Shown one piece after another: positions 22,141 through 35,636 of a stretch of DNA of 64,000 bases. The notes below the pieces were generated by a model. It was not told the origin of the DNA. It was given only the letters and a program-made list of their open reading frames with translations, and did no database searches. This DNA comes from Chiloscyllium plagiosum (lineage: Eukaryota). Position 1 is the first letter of the stretch; every line of letters starts with the position of its first letter. The translations under genes were made by a program, and so were the position numbers. The DNA lies in contig NC_057719.1 in assembly GCF_004010195.1 (NCBI RefSeq), forward strand, positions 37,926,200 through 37,990,199, read 5' to 3'.

Positions 22141-24362
22141 ACTATTAACACTCAATACATAGTAGCTCCTTCTATATTTGGAAATATAGAAACAAGAATT
22201 CAGTAAAATGTAAACATAGTCAAAAGTATGGAATTCATTTCGTTAACCATTTTGCAACTGAAAGTGTAAAGGTCAGGCTTCACAATTTCAATCAATGAAG
22301 TATTTAAACACAGAGGTGGAGAGTTCCCAGCCCTGACTGTTGTGGGCTATGTTGAGAATGGAAAATCGGTAGATATGTCCAACACAGGGCTTCTCAACGT
22401 TGAGAGCATTTTCCAACTGAGTGTTGAATGGCAAAGTGAGATTCGCACTAGTGAGTGGCAAGAGGTCTACCTACATATATTCATATGCATTAGTACTTAA
22501 TTACTCGTAAATCTCACCTCATTAATAGGAAATTTCCCATTCTCCAACCAACCAAATAAAAACTTGTTGCTGACAATTCCCAACATGAAAAGGAGAGTGA
22601 TGAACACACAACTGCAGCTCACTGCTTACTCTTCTGGACCACCATCTCAACCAGTTGGCACCAGTGTTTGAGGGTATTCCCCATGGGCAGTGACCGCAGC
22701 ACCTGCGTCCACAAATCCTAGCATCTGATGCATACCAGCCTCACTACATTATCATGCCACACCTCCAATTCACTTACAGTATGAATCTGCTTTTTAATGC
22801 TGAACTATAGAGTACAGGGGCATTTTCCATTCAACAGGAATGGGACCCCTCTCATTAATTGAATGAGTGAGCACCTCAGGGCACTCAATAGCTGTTTCAC
22901 TCACTTTGTGCCTACTTCACAGTAAATGCTTACCTTGTCTCAACATTTTGCATTTTGTCACTTAAACCAGATCTTAAAGGCTCACCATCTTGCCCTGCTG
23001 TTCAGCACAGACACAAATCCAGGCAGCATGCCACGGTTGTCAGCAATCATCTGTGAAGGGGGTGGAAATGTTGCTGTTTGGCACTATACCACAACAATGT
23101 CAAATCTGCACCAGGTGCCAGCTGTGTACAGTACATACCAAGCACACTGAAAATGCTTCAACTAAATGACCATGTTTCTTCAATAAAGGAAATTAATCCT
23201 CAGTCAGGCAAGGATTCCCAGCACAGTCAGTCAGAACAGCTTAGATGGAGGTTTGAGTACAGTCTGTTGACAGCCCTGTGATCAGGGTCAGGGATTTTGC
23301 CCATTTACAGTCTGGGGATTAGGCCCTGGACAGCCTGTGGGTCCAGTGGAACCAATCCGGGGAACAGCAGGAAGACAACGTGTACAGGTATCAGGGTGTG
23401 ATCACTGTCATTCAAGGCTATCTGTTTAAGTCCCTCAAGTGGGTTGATCGTGGAGTTCTGATCAGTAAGGATCATGGGAAGGTGGTTATCAGGGTCTAAT
23501 GTTGCAGATGGGAACCTGCAGATTCAATTCTGGGGATTGGAGGCAGCAAGAAATGTTTTGGGATGAAGAGGAGCGTAACGATTGTGAAGGTGGACATCTA
23601 AACATATGCCAGGAGAGATGATAAAGCTTTGACTAGAAAGAGGTAGGTGCAGGAGGAGGGTGTGTCATTGACAGTCAGCAAAGCCCTGGTTTCCCTACTG
23701 AGGACGATGCATTACTAGAACTGTCATGTTTATTCAACATGCCCATGCTAGGACGAGGGGATAAATTGGGGAGATGAGCGGCCGTGGATGGGTTGGGTAG
23801 TGACCTTGGGAATTTCAAAGCCGGTTGGGTTGACTGGGCAGGTTACCCAGGGCACGTGTACATCCGAGGGTTCACCAAGGGTAAGAGGTTGAGTCTGAAA
23901 CTCATTGCGTGAAGAGCAATCACTGATTCCTTGCATCGTGCTGTAAATAACAATTGCACAACGAAGCTGAAAATGTCTTCCACCACACCTGGAGGGGATG
24001 GGGTGAGTGCTTCATTCGGTGAAGCCCTTCACAAACACTAACGCTGGGATACACCAGTGAGCACTATCTCCTGAACCTTAGGCATTAATCTGCTGTGTGC
24101 ATCAAACACTCTTCCCTACATCATGCAATATTATAGAGGCATAGAGATCTACAGCATGGAATGACGCCCTTCAGCCCATCTTGCCCACACCAGCTAAAAC
24201 AGCCATCTAATAATTATAATCCCATTTGAATTGTGAATTAATCCCACTAAAGCACTGTGTCATGTTTCAGGAGACAGCCTTCAGGATGCATCCTCTGAGG
24301 CATCCATGCTGTCTTCCTGTCTTGCAGCACCATCCTCTTCACTGCGCTAATGCCACACGTGC

Positions 24363-25117
24363 CTGTAAAGATAGAAGAGAGAGTACATCATGATTAAGAG
24401 ATCAAGTTTCAGGCATTTTAAAAATATATTCCCAGTGAGAGTAGTGGGAGAGCAGCACAGCAATGAACAATGTTTCTCAAATGGTTACTAGGAAATGGAT
24501 ATTTCTGAGTCTCCTCTGGACCTCTCCCAGTCTTAACTGAGGAGGATCAAGATCTTCTCTTCATTGCAGGTGAGGAGCTGAGTGTAAGGTGTCCATCTTG
24601 GCTCTTCAGGATGTTTTCTCCTGAGATGAGAGATAGGGAGGGGTTCAGTGAGGTAATAGAGTAATAGGTAAAAGTGGGTCACAGCACTGGTAGTGCTGGT
24701 GCAGGTGGGTGAAAGGTGGTGAGTTGTCCTGAGGGAGCAGGCAGTGCAGGGACCATGCAGAAATAGAGATGAAGGGTTTGGTGGGTGAGGGAGAGTGAGG
24801 GAAGAGCATAAGCCTTTGGTGGGAGGTCGGTACAGAAGCGGAGACAGAATGAAGAGCGAATTAGCAGAAAGAAGATGGTGGTATCTAACCTGGCAGAGCA
24901 GAGAAGGTCATTGATCTTCTTTCCACAGTGCTGGACATTCCTCTGTATAGTTGTGACCACACTGAGCTGGGTGGTGACAATGCTGGCATGGTCTGCTATT
25001 GCGGTCTTCCCTGCCAGTCCTGAGACACAAAGATGTCCTTCCTCTACACCACCCTGTCCACAAGGATCTCCAGATCGCAGACTGTAATGTGGGTTGCCAG
25101 TTCCTCTTTATCTGCCA
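24363..25117 (-). pseudogene. Decayed Myb/SANT-like (MSANTD-type) gene of a Harbinger DNA transposon, with residual introns
   Basis: Minus strand LADKEELATHITVCDLEILVDRVV*RKDIFVSQDWQGRPQ*QTMPA / VTTQLSVVTTIQRNVQHCGKKINDLLCSAR, then GT donor at 24889; polypyrimidine-AG acceptors at about 24621 (next exon EKT…) and about 24363. Confidence 0.7.
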
Positions 25118-25349
25118 AATCTGGGGCTAGTTCATCAAACTGCCGCCCCACACTAACAATACTTAACACAATGGTCTTTCAAATATGATGCTGGTGCCGG
25201 GCTGCTTGGAGATACTACATTTAGTTCCATCATCTAAATTATTAATAAATATTGTGAATAACTGGGGTCCAAGCACTGATCCCTCTGGTATCCCACTGGC
25301 GGCTGCCAGATAGTTATTCAGACAGAAGTGTTTGTTGATACAATATAAG

Positions 25350-25682
25350 GTTTAAGCACTTAGCCAGAGACTTTCCCCAGGGCAGGATTGACTGGTACAA
25401 GGAGTCATTGTTTGAAGATATTAGGCGGAAGGTATAAAGGAGACGTCAGAGGTAGGTTCTTTACGCAGAGAGTTGTGAATGCATGGAATGTGTTGCCAGC
25501 TGTGGTGGTGGAAGCAAAGTCATTAAGGACATTTAAGTGACTGCTGGACATGCACATGGATAGCAGTGAGTTGAGGGGTGCGTAGGTTAAGTTGTTTTAT
25601 TTTACATTGGGATTAACACTCAGCACAAAAATGTGGGCCAAAGGGCTTGTTTGTGCTGTACTTTTCTATGTTCTATGTTCTA
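25350..25682 (+). mobile_element. CR1 3' end
   Basis: FFTQRVVNAWNVLP coding remnant; TTCTATG tandem tail. Confidence 0.8.
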
Positions 25683-27996
25683 AATGATTTATCTTGTTTG
25701 CATAAGTTATTTAGCACTTCAGTGAAATGTTCTCTTTCTTTCAAAATTATTTGAAGCAATTTTAAAGTATTGGATTTTTTTAATCAATTGTAGTGTTACT
25801 TGGTTAATAGCTGCATCATCAATAGACTGATTACTTTCTGTCAGAATGCCTCCCGAGCTAAGCTCTTGCTGGATTATGAGAGTTGGCATGAAAAGGGTGG
25901 TGCGTGGGGCTTATGAGTTGGTACTGAATTGACAGAGAGACTATAATGTGCCATGATTGAGGGCAGATGGAATATTAAGGAGTAGGTCCCTCGGCATGAG
26001 CAGTATCAGGGGTCTTGGGTGGGGGGGGGGGGGGGTGGTAGATCCATGGCTTAGTTTAACACAGGGGTTATGAAGGGACACAGGGTTGGGAATGTTAGCT
26101 TGGGATGGCATGGATAGAGAGGGAAATGCAGGTATGAGAGCAGGATTGATGCTTTACATTTCAATCTTTCATTTAAACTTTCATCTCAGTGCCAAGAGTT
26201 CCAGCTAGGCCATACATCCAGCCTGCCTCAGGAATAGTCAGTTTCTTCCACTCTTCCCAGATAATCCAACACATCCAGGCCACTGGACTGAAAATTGGGA
26301 AATGGGGCCAGCCATTTTTAAAGGTCAGGCATATAGAGCCAGGATTTCTCCCTGCATCTGCACCTTCCCCTCCCTCTCCCAACCACTATCACCAGCTCCC
26401 ATCCCACCTTCTCCCTGGAGGTACAAAGGTCAGAGCAAAAATATCTCTTGCTGTGATTAGGTTCACCTATCTTTTGGTAAGGTGAAGTTTCAACATAAAA
26501 AAACCTTTCTTTTTAAAAGCTCAATATGTGAAACCAACTAATGAAATGACCGATTAATTTGAGACCTAAATACATTTTCATAGTGAGCATTCCTGTGCAA
26601 TAATTCAGAGAACATTTGAAAACCTATCTTTAATGAACAAAAAAAAGTTTGTTGACTTGTCACGTAGTTTAGACTGATTCAGATTTGAAAGAAACTAATT
26701 TGTTAAACTCACTAACCGAATCAGAATTTATGTCTTTTAAAAACTTAAGACATTTTACTTAATGATCTAAAGTGGATATTGAAACAATCTAGAAATGTTT
26801 ATGCAGTAAATCTCCGAAAGAATGATGTGGGTAAAGATATGGATGAAAGGTCATTTCTCTGGTGGTTTTTGTGGTTAGGACAACAAAAAGCTGCCAGGCC
26901 CTGTCTTATTAAACTCTTTTAGGCTTTTATTATACTCATGATACAATCTAAAATAATTTTCTGCAGAATGCAAGCTAGAGCTCCAGGCCTGAGATATACT
27001 GTCATTCTCATCACAATACATGTTGCACAAAACATACATGAACATGCAAAGGTTGGCTTCTGGGCAGTTTGTTTCAATTCTGAGAGATGATATGCTGCAA
27101 CATCCCATTGATCTTAGTATTGTAAAGCAGTTTTAAGAATTTGCAGACAGTCCAATACATCACCTGACATGTTCCAAATTGAAGTCACAATACAATTGAC
27201 TTGAGGTGCAGTTAGCATGAGACTGCCCACTAGTGGTCATCTCATAATTGGTGATTTAATTAGCCAGTAAGGTAAGACACCGACCTGTTAACGGCCACTT
27301 TTATGCTGACCTGATTCTCAAATTCTCAGCATTGCGTGCATTCAAAAGCTGTAAGTTAAATAGAGTGGCTTTACATAAAGAACCAAAATCTCACAGCGCT
27401 CACCCTACAAATCATCATCACTGTTATTAATCTCTCAGTTCGGTGCAGTGCTCTTACAGTACCCTATCCACGTGAACTTGTGTGAACTTCATGGTCCACG
27501 TGGATAGCCAGCTCAGCCAAACCCAAGCATTACCTAAACAATGTACAAATGAGGGTAATGATCATATCTTGCTTGCTTCATTGTGCAAGATCACAGCCTC
27601 CTCAGTTTCTCATTCTAGCTGGGATTGTTTAACTGTGTAAACCAGGGGTCAAATCAAGGACAATATTAGTGTGTAATGCTGGCATCACATGTAGAGATAT
27701 ATTAACTACTAGCTCCAAAAGTACCAATTAAAAACAAGAGGTGAGTTTACCCATGCCAAAAAAAAGCACAAAGCAAAACAGACATGTAATGCCCATAATA
27801 TTGTTGTGGAATTTCTCAGCACTCTTTTAACGTAACTGACTTTGCTGGTACTGTACAGGATTTATTACTTGTGCCACTAAAATATAACTTTAAGGAAGGA
27901 CAGTTGTTCAAACAAACCCAAAAGAACATTTTTGCATAAATTCTGTTGTATTGCAGTACAAGCTGCTGATTAATACAGACATTGTACGTTTAAGAC

Positions 27997-30164
27997 AGTT
28001 ACTGAGGGAGGATATTCCCGGAAATATATCCAGGGAAGTTATTGGGTGGATCTGAGAAATAAGAAAGAGATAATCACCTTATTGGGATTGTATTATAGAC
28101 CCTCTAATTGTCAGGGGGAAATTGAGAGACAAATTTGTAAGGAGATCACAGTTAACTGTAAAAATAATAGTGTAGGAGATTTTAACTTTCCAAACATTGA
28201 CTGGGACTGCCATAGTGTTAAGGGTTTAGATGGCGAGGAATTGAAGTGTGTACAAGAAAATTTTCTGATTCAGTATGTGGATGTACCTACTAGAGAACGT
28301 GCAAAACTTGACCTACTCTTGGGAAATAAGGCAGGGCAGGTGACTGAGGTGTCAGTGGGGGAGCACTTTGGGGCCAGCAACCATAATTCTATTAGATTTA
28401 AAATAGTAATGGAAAAGGATAGGCCAGATCTAAAAGTTGAAGTTCTAAATTGGAAAAAGGCCAATTTTGATGGTATTAGGCAAGAACTTTCAAAGCTAAT
28501 TGGGTGCAGATGTTCGCAGGTAAAGAGACGACTGAAAAATGGGAAGCCTTCAGAAATGAGATAACAGGAGTACTTAAGAGAGAAATCAGGAGGGCAAAAA
28601 GGGGACATGAGATAACTTTGGCAAATAGAGTTAAGGAGAATCCAAAATTACAAATACATTAAGGACAAAAAGATAACTAGAGAAAGAATAGTGGCCCTCA
28701 AAGATCAGCGAAGTGGCCTTTGTGGGGAGGTGTAGGAGATGGGGGAGATACTAAACGAGTATTTTACATCACTATTTACTGTAGAAAAGGACAGGGAAGA
28801 TAGCGAATGTAGGGACATAGATGGTGACACCTTGAAAAATGGCCATATTACAGAGGAGGAAGTGAAATGCATAAAAGTTGATAAATCCCCAGGACCTGAT
28901 CAGGTGTACCCTAGAACTCTGTGGGAAGCTACAGAAGTGATTTCTGGGCCTCTTGCTGAGATATTTGTATCGTCGATAGTTACAGGTGAGGTGCCTGGAG
29001 GTTGGCTAACATGGTGCCACTGTTTAAGAAGGGTGGTAAGGACAAGCCAGGGAACTATTGACCAGTGAGCCTGATGTTGGTGGTGGGCAAGTTGTTGGAG
29101 GGAATCCTGAGGGACAAGATGTACAAGTACTTGGAAAGGCAAGGATTGATTAGAGATAGTCAACATGGCTTTGTGCGTCAGAAGTCGTGTCTCACAAACT
29201 TGATTGAGTTTTTTGAAGAAGTAACAATGAGGAACGAGGAGGGCAGAACGGTGGATGTGATCTATATAGACTTCAGTAAGGCATTTGACAAGGTTCCCCA
29301 TGGTAGACTGGTTAGCAAGGTTAGATCTCATGGAATACAGAGAGAACTAGCCATTTGGATACAGAATTGGCTCAAAGGTAGAAGACGAAGGGTGGTGGTG
29401 GAGGGTTGTTTTTCAGACTGGAGGCCTGTCACCAGTGGAGTGCCACAAGGATCAGTGCTGCGTCCTCTACTTTTTGTCATTTACATAAATGATTTGTATG
29501 CGAGCATAAGAGGAATAGTTAGTAAGTTTGTAGATGACACCAAAATTGGAGGTGTAGTGGACAGCGAAGAGGGTTACCTCAGATTACAACAGGATCTTGA
29601 CCAGATGGGCCAATGGGCAGAGAAGTGGCAGATGGAGTTTAATTCAGATAAATGCGAGGTGCTGCATTTTGGGAAAGCAAATCTTAGCAGCACTTATACA
29701 CTTAATGGTAAGGTCCTAGAGAGTGTTGCTGAATAAAGAGGTTGAATAGGCTCGGACTGTTTTCCCTGGAGCGTCAGAGGCTGAGGGGTGACTTTATAAA
29801 GGTTTACAAAATCATTAGGGGCATGGATAGGATAAATAGACAAAGTCTTTTCCCTGGGGTGGGAGAGTCCAGAACTAGAGGGCATAGGTTTAGGGTGAGA
29901 TGGGAAAGATATTAAAGAGACCTGAGGGGCAACTTTTTCAAGCAGAGAATGGTACGTGTATGGAATGAGCTGCCAGAGGAAGTGGGGGAGACTAGTACAA
30001 TTGCAACATTGAAAAGACATTTGGATGGGTATATGAATAGGAAGGGTTTGGAGGGATATGGGCCGGGTGCTGGCAGGTGGGACTAGATTGGGTTGAGATA
30101 TCTGGTCGGCATGGACTATTGGACCGAAGGGTCTGTTTCCATACTGTACATCTCTATGACTCTA
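27997..30164 (+). mobile_element. HER1-type CR1 ORF2 (endonuclease + RT) to 3' end, with internal deletions at about 28566 and 29732
   Basis: ORF track 28046-28564 (endonuclease) and 29065-29736 ([33 protein letters not shown]); 3' tail present. Confidence 0.95.
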
Positions 30165-30409
30165 AATGACATCACAACAAATGATGTGCCAGTACAAAGG
30201 TACATGCCTCACCTTCAGTCATTCTCTCTGTGTAATGGAATCAATGCAATGCAATCAGTCAGGTAGATAAGTGTCTAGCTTACAGTAACATCAGTAAGCA
30301 CAAAACCCAGACTACATGTGGTATTGTAGCCTTCTAAGTAGTTAGTTTTGGAAATAAACTTGAGATCTCTGACTCAAGAAGACATTGACTATCTGTGGTA
30401 CATATTAGG

Positions 30410-30528
30410 GGAGAAAGTGAGGTCTGCAGATGCTGGAGATCAGAGCTGAAAATGTGTTGCTGGAAAAGCGCAGCAGGTCAGGCAGCATCCAGGGAACAGG
30501 AGAATCGACGTTTCGGGCATAAGCCCTT
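30410..30528 (-). mobile_element. Short PLE-derived insertion including the tail
   Basis: Reverse complement of the sense arm + tail (…CACTTTCTCC). Confidence 0.9.
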
Positions 30529-31689
30529 TACATTGACTAGCGTATGCTAAACCACAAATGGCATCAAATGCATTTCTACAATTTGGTCAGAATCTCACAG
30601 AAATGAAGGCAATAGAACCAGATAATGTGAATGAAATATTCACACTTCCAAGAAATATTGAAATAAAATCTCATATTATAAAAAACTTCCATCAGTAAAC
30701 TTTATTGTTCATCACTTGTCACGCTTCACATGCAAATTCCATACAGGAATGAGCACCTAGGGAATCCATTCTTGTAAGTCTTTGAACATTTCTCTTCTGA
30801 AAAGTACTTTATTGTACATAAAGTGTTCAGAATGTGCAAAGGTATGAAAGATGTCAAAAAAGTACAAGTTCCTTTCATCTTCCCTCTCCAACCACAACAT
30901 AGGTTCATAGAATCATACAATAACTGCATGGAGGCTGGTACCTCTAGGACAGCCCATCCCATAACCACCACCCCCCGCCCCCACCTCCCCACTCCCTCCC
31001 CCGGGACAATGGTGATCAGGACGGCCTATCTACCTTCCAACTTCCTTGAACACCCCTACACACCTCCTGGTACCTTCACGGGGTGACAGTGCTTGGAATG
31101 GCCACTTTCCTGATTTGCCCAGGTTAACAACTCCAATCAATATCTCATGGTCAACAAGATCCATATTGTTCCAATCACATCATCCCATATAGGAAGGGAG
31201 ATTTACTCATATCTTTACATTGATGAGATGCTCTTCCAGTAGCTTTAAGTGAGCTGGTGCTAAGCTGCTATGGGTATCAGCCCTTCAGAAGCTCATGACT
31301 GATGATTGACAGGTTTGCAATGCTGAGGGCATCATGGTGGATATTAGTGAGAGGTGGATAGAGAGCAGACATTCAGTCATCCTGACAGAGGGTAACATGA
31401 GCCTGTCCTACATCACCACTAGTACTACCATGGGCTATAACACACCTCACTAATCTGAGCAGGAGTAGACTGCAGGAACTGAGTGACTTCTTGAAAACTT
31501 CTAAAAAGCGAAAGGAGATAAAGCTGTTTGTGGGAGGTCCTCAGCTCCAAGACATTGTTGCAGGAGTTTTGCAGTATAATATCTAAGGCCTTCAGTTGCC
31601 TAAACCATGACTTTTCTTCCAATGTAAACCAGAGAATTACCATAATAGTGTAACAGTGAGAAAGTGAGAGGAAGAGCAAAGGACATTTA

Positions 31690-32226
31690 AAGTTGAAATT
31701 TCAAGAAAACGTACACTGCACAAAACTTACCATGATGAAACTAGGAAATATATATGGGTAACAATCAACAGAGAAAAGATGACAATAGAAAAAACATTAC
31801 AACCCAGAAATACCTAGCCACAGGATTATAAGTAGAACTTCAATGTATTGATATTAAACTAGAAACCAATAGAAATGTGGACTTATTACCCAGAAGAAGA
31901 GGAAGAAGAAAAATGTAACAAACAATCAAGAGAAGAACACACATTGATCAGAAGGAAGTGATCAGAAACAGATCAAGGAGATCGGTTAAAACACCAGTCT
32001 GCAGCATGGGAGGAAATGTATAGAATGTCATAATGATGTAATGATGATGTAATAATCATGTCAATCACATGATTAAGTAAACAAACTGGAAACCCCTACC
32101 TTGTGTTGAGATAATGTGTGCATAGAACAAGATGCAAATAAAAACTTCTTACAGAAAGCACCATGGACTCAAGCACCATACTTTGGGAGACTAAATAGTG
32201 CAAAACCCTAAACACACAGCAAAACA
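31690..32226 (+). mobile_element. Gypsy-like LTR retrotransposon 3' end: integrase C-terminal remnant, PPT, 3' LTR
   Basis: QKEVIRNRSRRSVKTP resembles the RxSxRxxKPP integrase end; purine tract GGGAGGAAA (32008-32016) directly before TG at 32017; AATAAA at 32137; ends …AACA. Confidence 0.55.
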
Positions 32227-33098
32227 AAAAACAAAACAATGTCTATCCAATCTTCCTTCTTAGATAAAATTTTCCAGTTCTTGCAAAATCCTGATAAATC
32301 TCCAGTGCAATCACATTTTCCTGTAGCAATATGTCCCTCTGTTTCTCCACACTATTCATGTGCTCTCATTTAATCTGAGCTCCCTTGATTTATTTGCAAC
32401 TTGTAAAATGAATTACTTCACACTTCTGTGGACTGAATTCTATCATTATACCTTACACCTTTTTGACCAGCTGACAATCTCCAGCTTCTCTCCTCACTGT
32501 TAGCCACACAGTCTACTTCTTTATCATGTGAAAGCTCAACACACACCTACATTTTTCTGCATTATAAATATAACTCCAAAAAAGCAAGGGACAAAAAACT
32601 GTCCTGTGGAACAACTGCTGATGACAACCTTTTGGTTGTAAAAACAACCATCAGCCATTACTATATTCTTCCTGCCATTAAAACAATTTTAGGTTCAATT
32701 TGCCACTCTCGCTTGGATCCGAATGGCTGTTACTGTAGTATACCCACACCAAATGGATTGCAGGAGTTCAACAAGGCACCTCAATATCACCTTTCACAGA
32801 TGCTGGGTAATAAATGCTGGCCTTGCCAATGGTGTTCACATCCCAAGAGTCAATTTTAAAAAAATTATTGAGTATCAGTCTAACCTGTAGCACTAGTCTC
32901 ACAACAGGCAGTGAAGCCTAGTTTCTAGTTGAAGTGCTGCTGGGGAGCAAGCAACAACTGGGAGAGGCTGGTTACAGAAGTTCTGGAGGTGGCCACTCAT
33001 TCCAAGACAGATTGTACAGTGGAATTCCACAGATACTAGTAATCGACATGTCCATACTTACAGACACGGTGTTGCTAATAATATAATCGCTGATCCTC

Positions 33099-33183
33099 GA
33101 GGAGAAGGTGAGGGCTGCAGATGCTGGAGATCAGAGTCGAGAGTGTGGTGCTGGAAATGCACAACAGGCCAGGCAGCATCCGA
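33099..33183 (-). mobile_element. Short PLE-derived insertion with a degenerate 14-bp TSD
   Basis: AATCGCTGATCCTC (33085-33098) vs AATTGCTGATCTTC (33184-33197). Confidence 0.75.
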
Positions 33184-34930
33184 AATTGCTGATCTTCCTC
33201 AGACATGATTCATCTCATTGCATAGCCCCCAAGCCCAATCCACGTGTCCTCCTCCTCTCTGTTAATGGAGGACATTACATCCCTGATGCTGTTCCTAACA
33301 TGAGTACATGTTCCTGCTGTGTGTTTTCTCATGTGCAGGTCTCTCTACAACATGCTATCAATCCTAGCCAGGCGCTAATGTTGTACTGGTGCTTATGAAT
33401 GATAGTGTGTCTGCAGGAAAGTTATCCCCTCCAAGCTGTCATCTCTGGGAATTTCTTGAGAATGTTCTTACTGCTAAGAAATGTATAACAGGAAAGAAGA
33501 AGGAGATGAGGTTGTGGATGCCACTAAGAGGCTGAATGTTTGCACATGAAAGGCATGACACTATTGGTTGAATTTTTAAGGTTGGTACAGTTGCTTGAAG
33601 TATACACAGTAAAACAAGGAACAAGTATTCACCCTGCTCTGTGGATTTGCTAGCATTGCCAGCTCTTATTCTATTTGTTCCTGTCGGGTCTCTTATTTCC
33701 GGTGCCAGCCAGGTGAGAGTTACCATGGACACTCCACCCCCACATTTTACTTCTTCCCCGAGTGTCGTAATCTACATCTGCAGAAGGAGGAGAGGATTAT
33801 AAACGATTACAGAGAAGGCAGGTGCACAAGAGAAGGTAAGTTTTGCTTCTTCTCTAGCAGATACATCTGCATTTTAATAAAGAAAATTTTCTTGAATGCA
33901 TTTAACAAACTTCTCACCTACATTTGCAACAATATAATTCTTGTTTCAGGCTAAACACGTCTGCTGGGTAACTTGTTCTCTGAATTACTTCCTCATGCAG
34001 TGGATAAGCTGACAGGGGCAAGAAACAAGGTATTGGGACAGCAGGGAGATATTGAATGAGCAGTAAGTGGCTTGAGTGAGAATACTCATAAAGGGAGGTG
34101 CAAGTTATGCAAATGACAGTGACTGAGAGGAGGATGGTGTTAGTGATAGGAGGACAGGCTGCAAGCGTTGGGAATTGTGATGATTATGGATATTAAAACT
34201 TTTTTTTTAATTTGGATTTCAATATAGACACATGTCCATGTTGATTACTTTGTGAAAGATTTTCCTTTAAAAAACAAAGTCAGAGTGTCCTTCCGGAACC
34301 ACAATTTAACTTTAACATTTTATCAGAGTAGGCAACTGTGTCTACACAATAGGTACAGGGCAGGCCAAAAGCTTTGTTTTCAGAAGGAAGGCTTTAGATT
34401 CGTTCAGAAGATACTAGTGCTGTATTTAGAAACCAGTTTAATTTCTCTCCGGGAAGGAGTTCAGGGAACAAGTTACCCAGCAGACGTGTTTAGCCTGAAA
34501 TAAGAATTATATTGTTGCAAATGTAGGCGATTTTAACTTTCCAGACATTGACTGGGACTGCCTGACATTTAAGGGCTTGGATGGTGAGGAGTTTGTTAAA
34601 TGCATTTAACAAATTTTTCTTTATTAAAATGCAGATGTATCTGCTCGAAAAGAAGCAAAACTTACCTGCTCTTGGGAAATAAGACTGGGTAAGTGACTGA
34701 GGTGTTAAAAGGAGCCAGTGATCATAACTCTAGTTATGAAAAAGGACAGGCCATATACAAAAGTTAAAGTAAGAGTAAGGCAAATTTTGATGGAATGAGA
34801 CAGGAACTTTCAAAAGTTGATTGAAGTAGACTGTACACAAGGAAAAAAGATTTCTGGAAATTGGGAGGCTTTCAAAGCTGAGATAACAAGAGTTCAGAGG
34901 CATTATGTTCCTGTTACAGTGAAGGGCATG

Positions 34931-35341
34931 TAGACAAGCAGGAGGCTGGAAGAACACAGCAGGCCAGGCAGCTTCAGGAGGTGGTGACGTTGACATTTTG
35001 GGTGTAACCATTTTCAGGACTGGGGGTGGGTGTAAGTGGAGCTGCAGATAAAGGGGGTGGCGGGGTGGTGAGGTGGGGATAAATGAACATGGGTAGAGGG
35101 CATGATGGGAGAATGAATTCAGTTGGTAACAACTACAGCCATGTTCACTCAGTGAGTCCCTTTCTCACTGCCCCAAAGCCGTGACCTATTCAGGCCTCCA
35201 GCTCTTTGACCACACAATGAAACAAACTCTCTGCTACAACCACGTGACATTCCTCAGCTGCTGTCTTCATAACCATCTCATTCCTCAAGGCCTACAGATA
35301 CATTTTAAACCCTCCAAATTTGGACCCAACTTTGTGTGCAC
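34931..35341. mobile_element. PLE insertion: antisense pLTR arm (34931-~35127) fused to a sense ORF N-terminal fragment
   Basis: NHVTFLSCCLHNHLIPQGL is the PLE N-terminal H..FL..C....LIP.GL motif; degenerate TSD ACAGTGAAGGGCATG (34916-34930) / ACAGTGAATGATAGA (35342-35356). Confidence 0.7.
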
Positions 35342-35636
35342 ACAGTGAATGATAGAGTTGTAAAGAGTAAGGAACAATGGATGAGCAAAGATATTGAGGC
35401 GCTGGTCAGGAATAAAGATGAGTCATATTACATATAAATAACTGGGATCAAATGAATCTCTTGAAAAGTATAAGGGGTGTGGAGGCATTCTTAAGAGAGA
35501 AATCAGGACGGCAAAAAGGGAGTTAAAAGATAGCCTTGGCAGATAGGTTCGCAATAACTCAAAGTGATTCTCCAAGTACATTAAGACCAAAGGAGCAACT
35601 AAGGAGAGAATAAAGATCAATAAAGTCATCTTTTCG

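Noticed and set aside
27146..27277. AG…AAG/GTAAGA potential internal exon
   Set aside because: All three frames contain stops and there is no other support.
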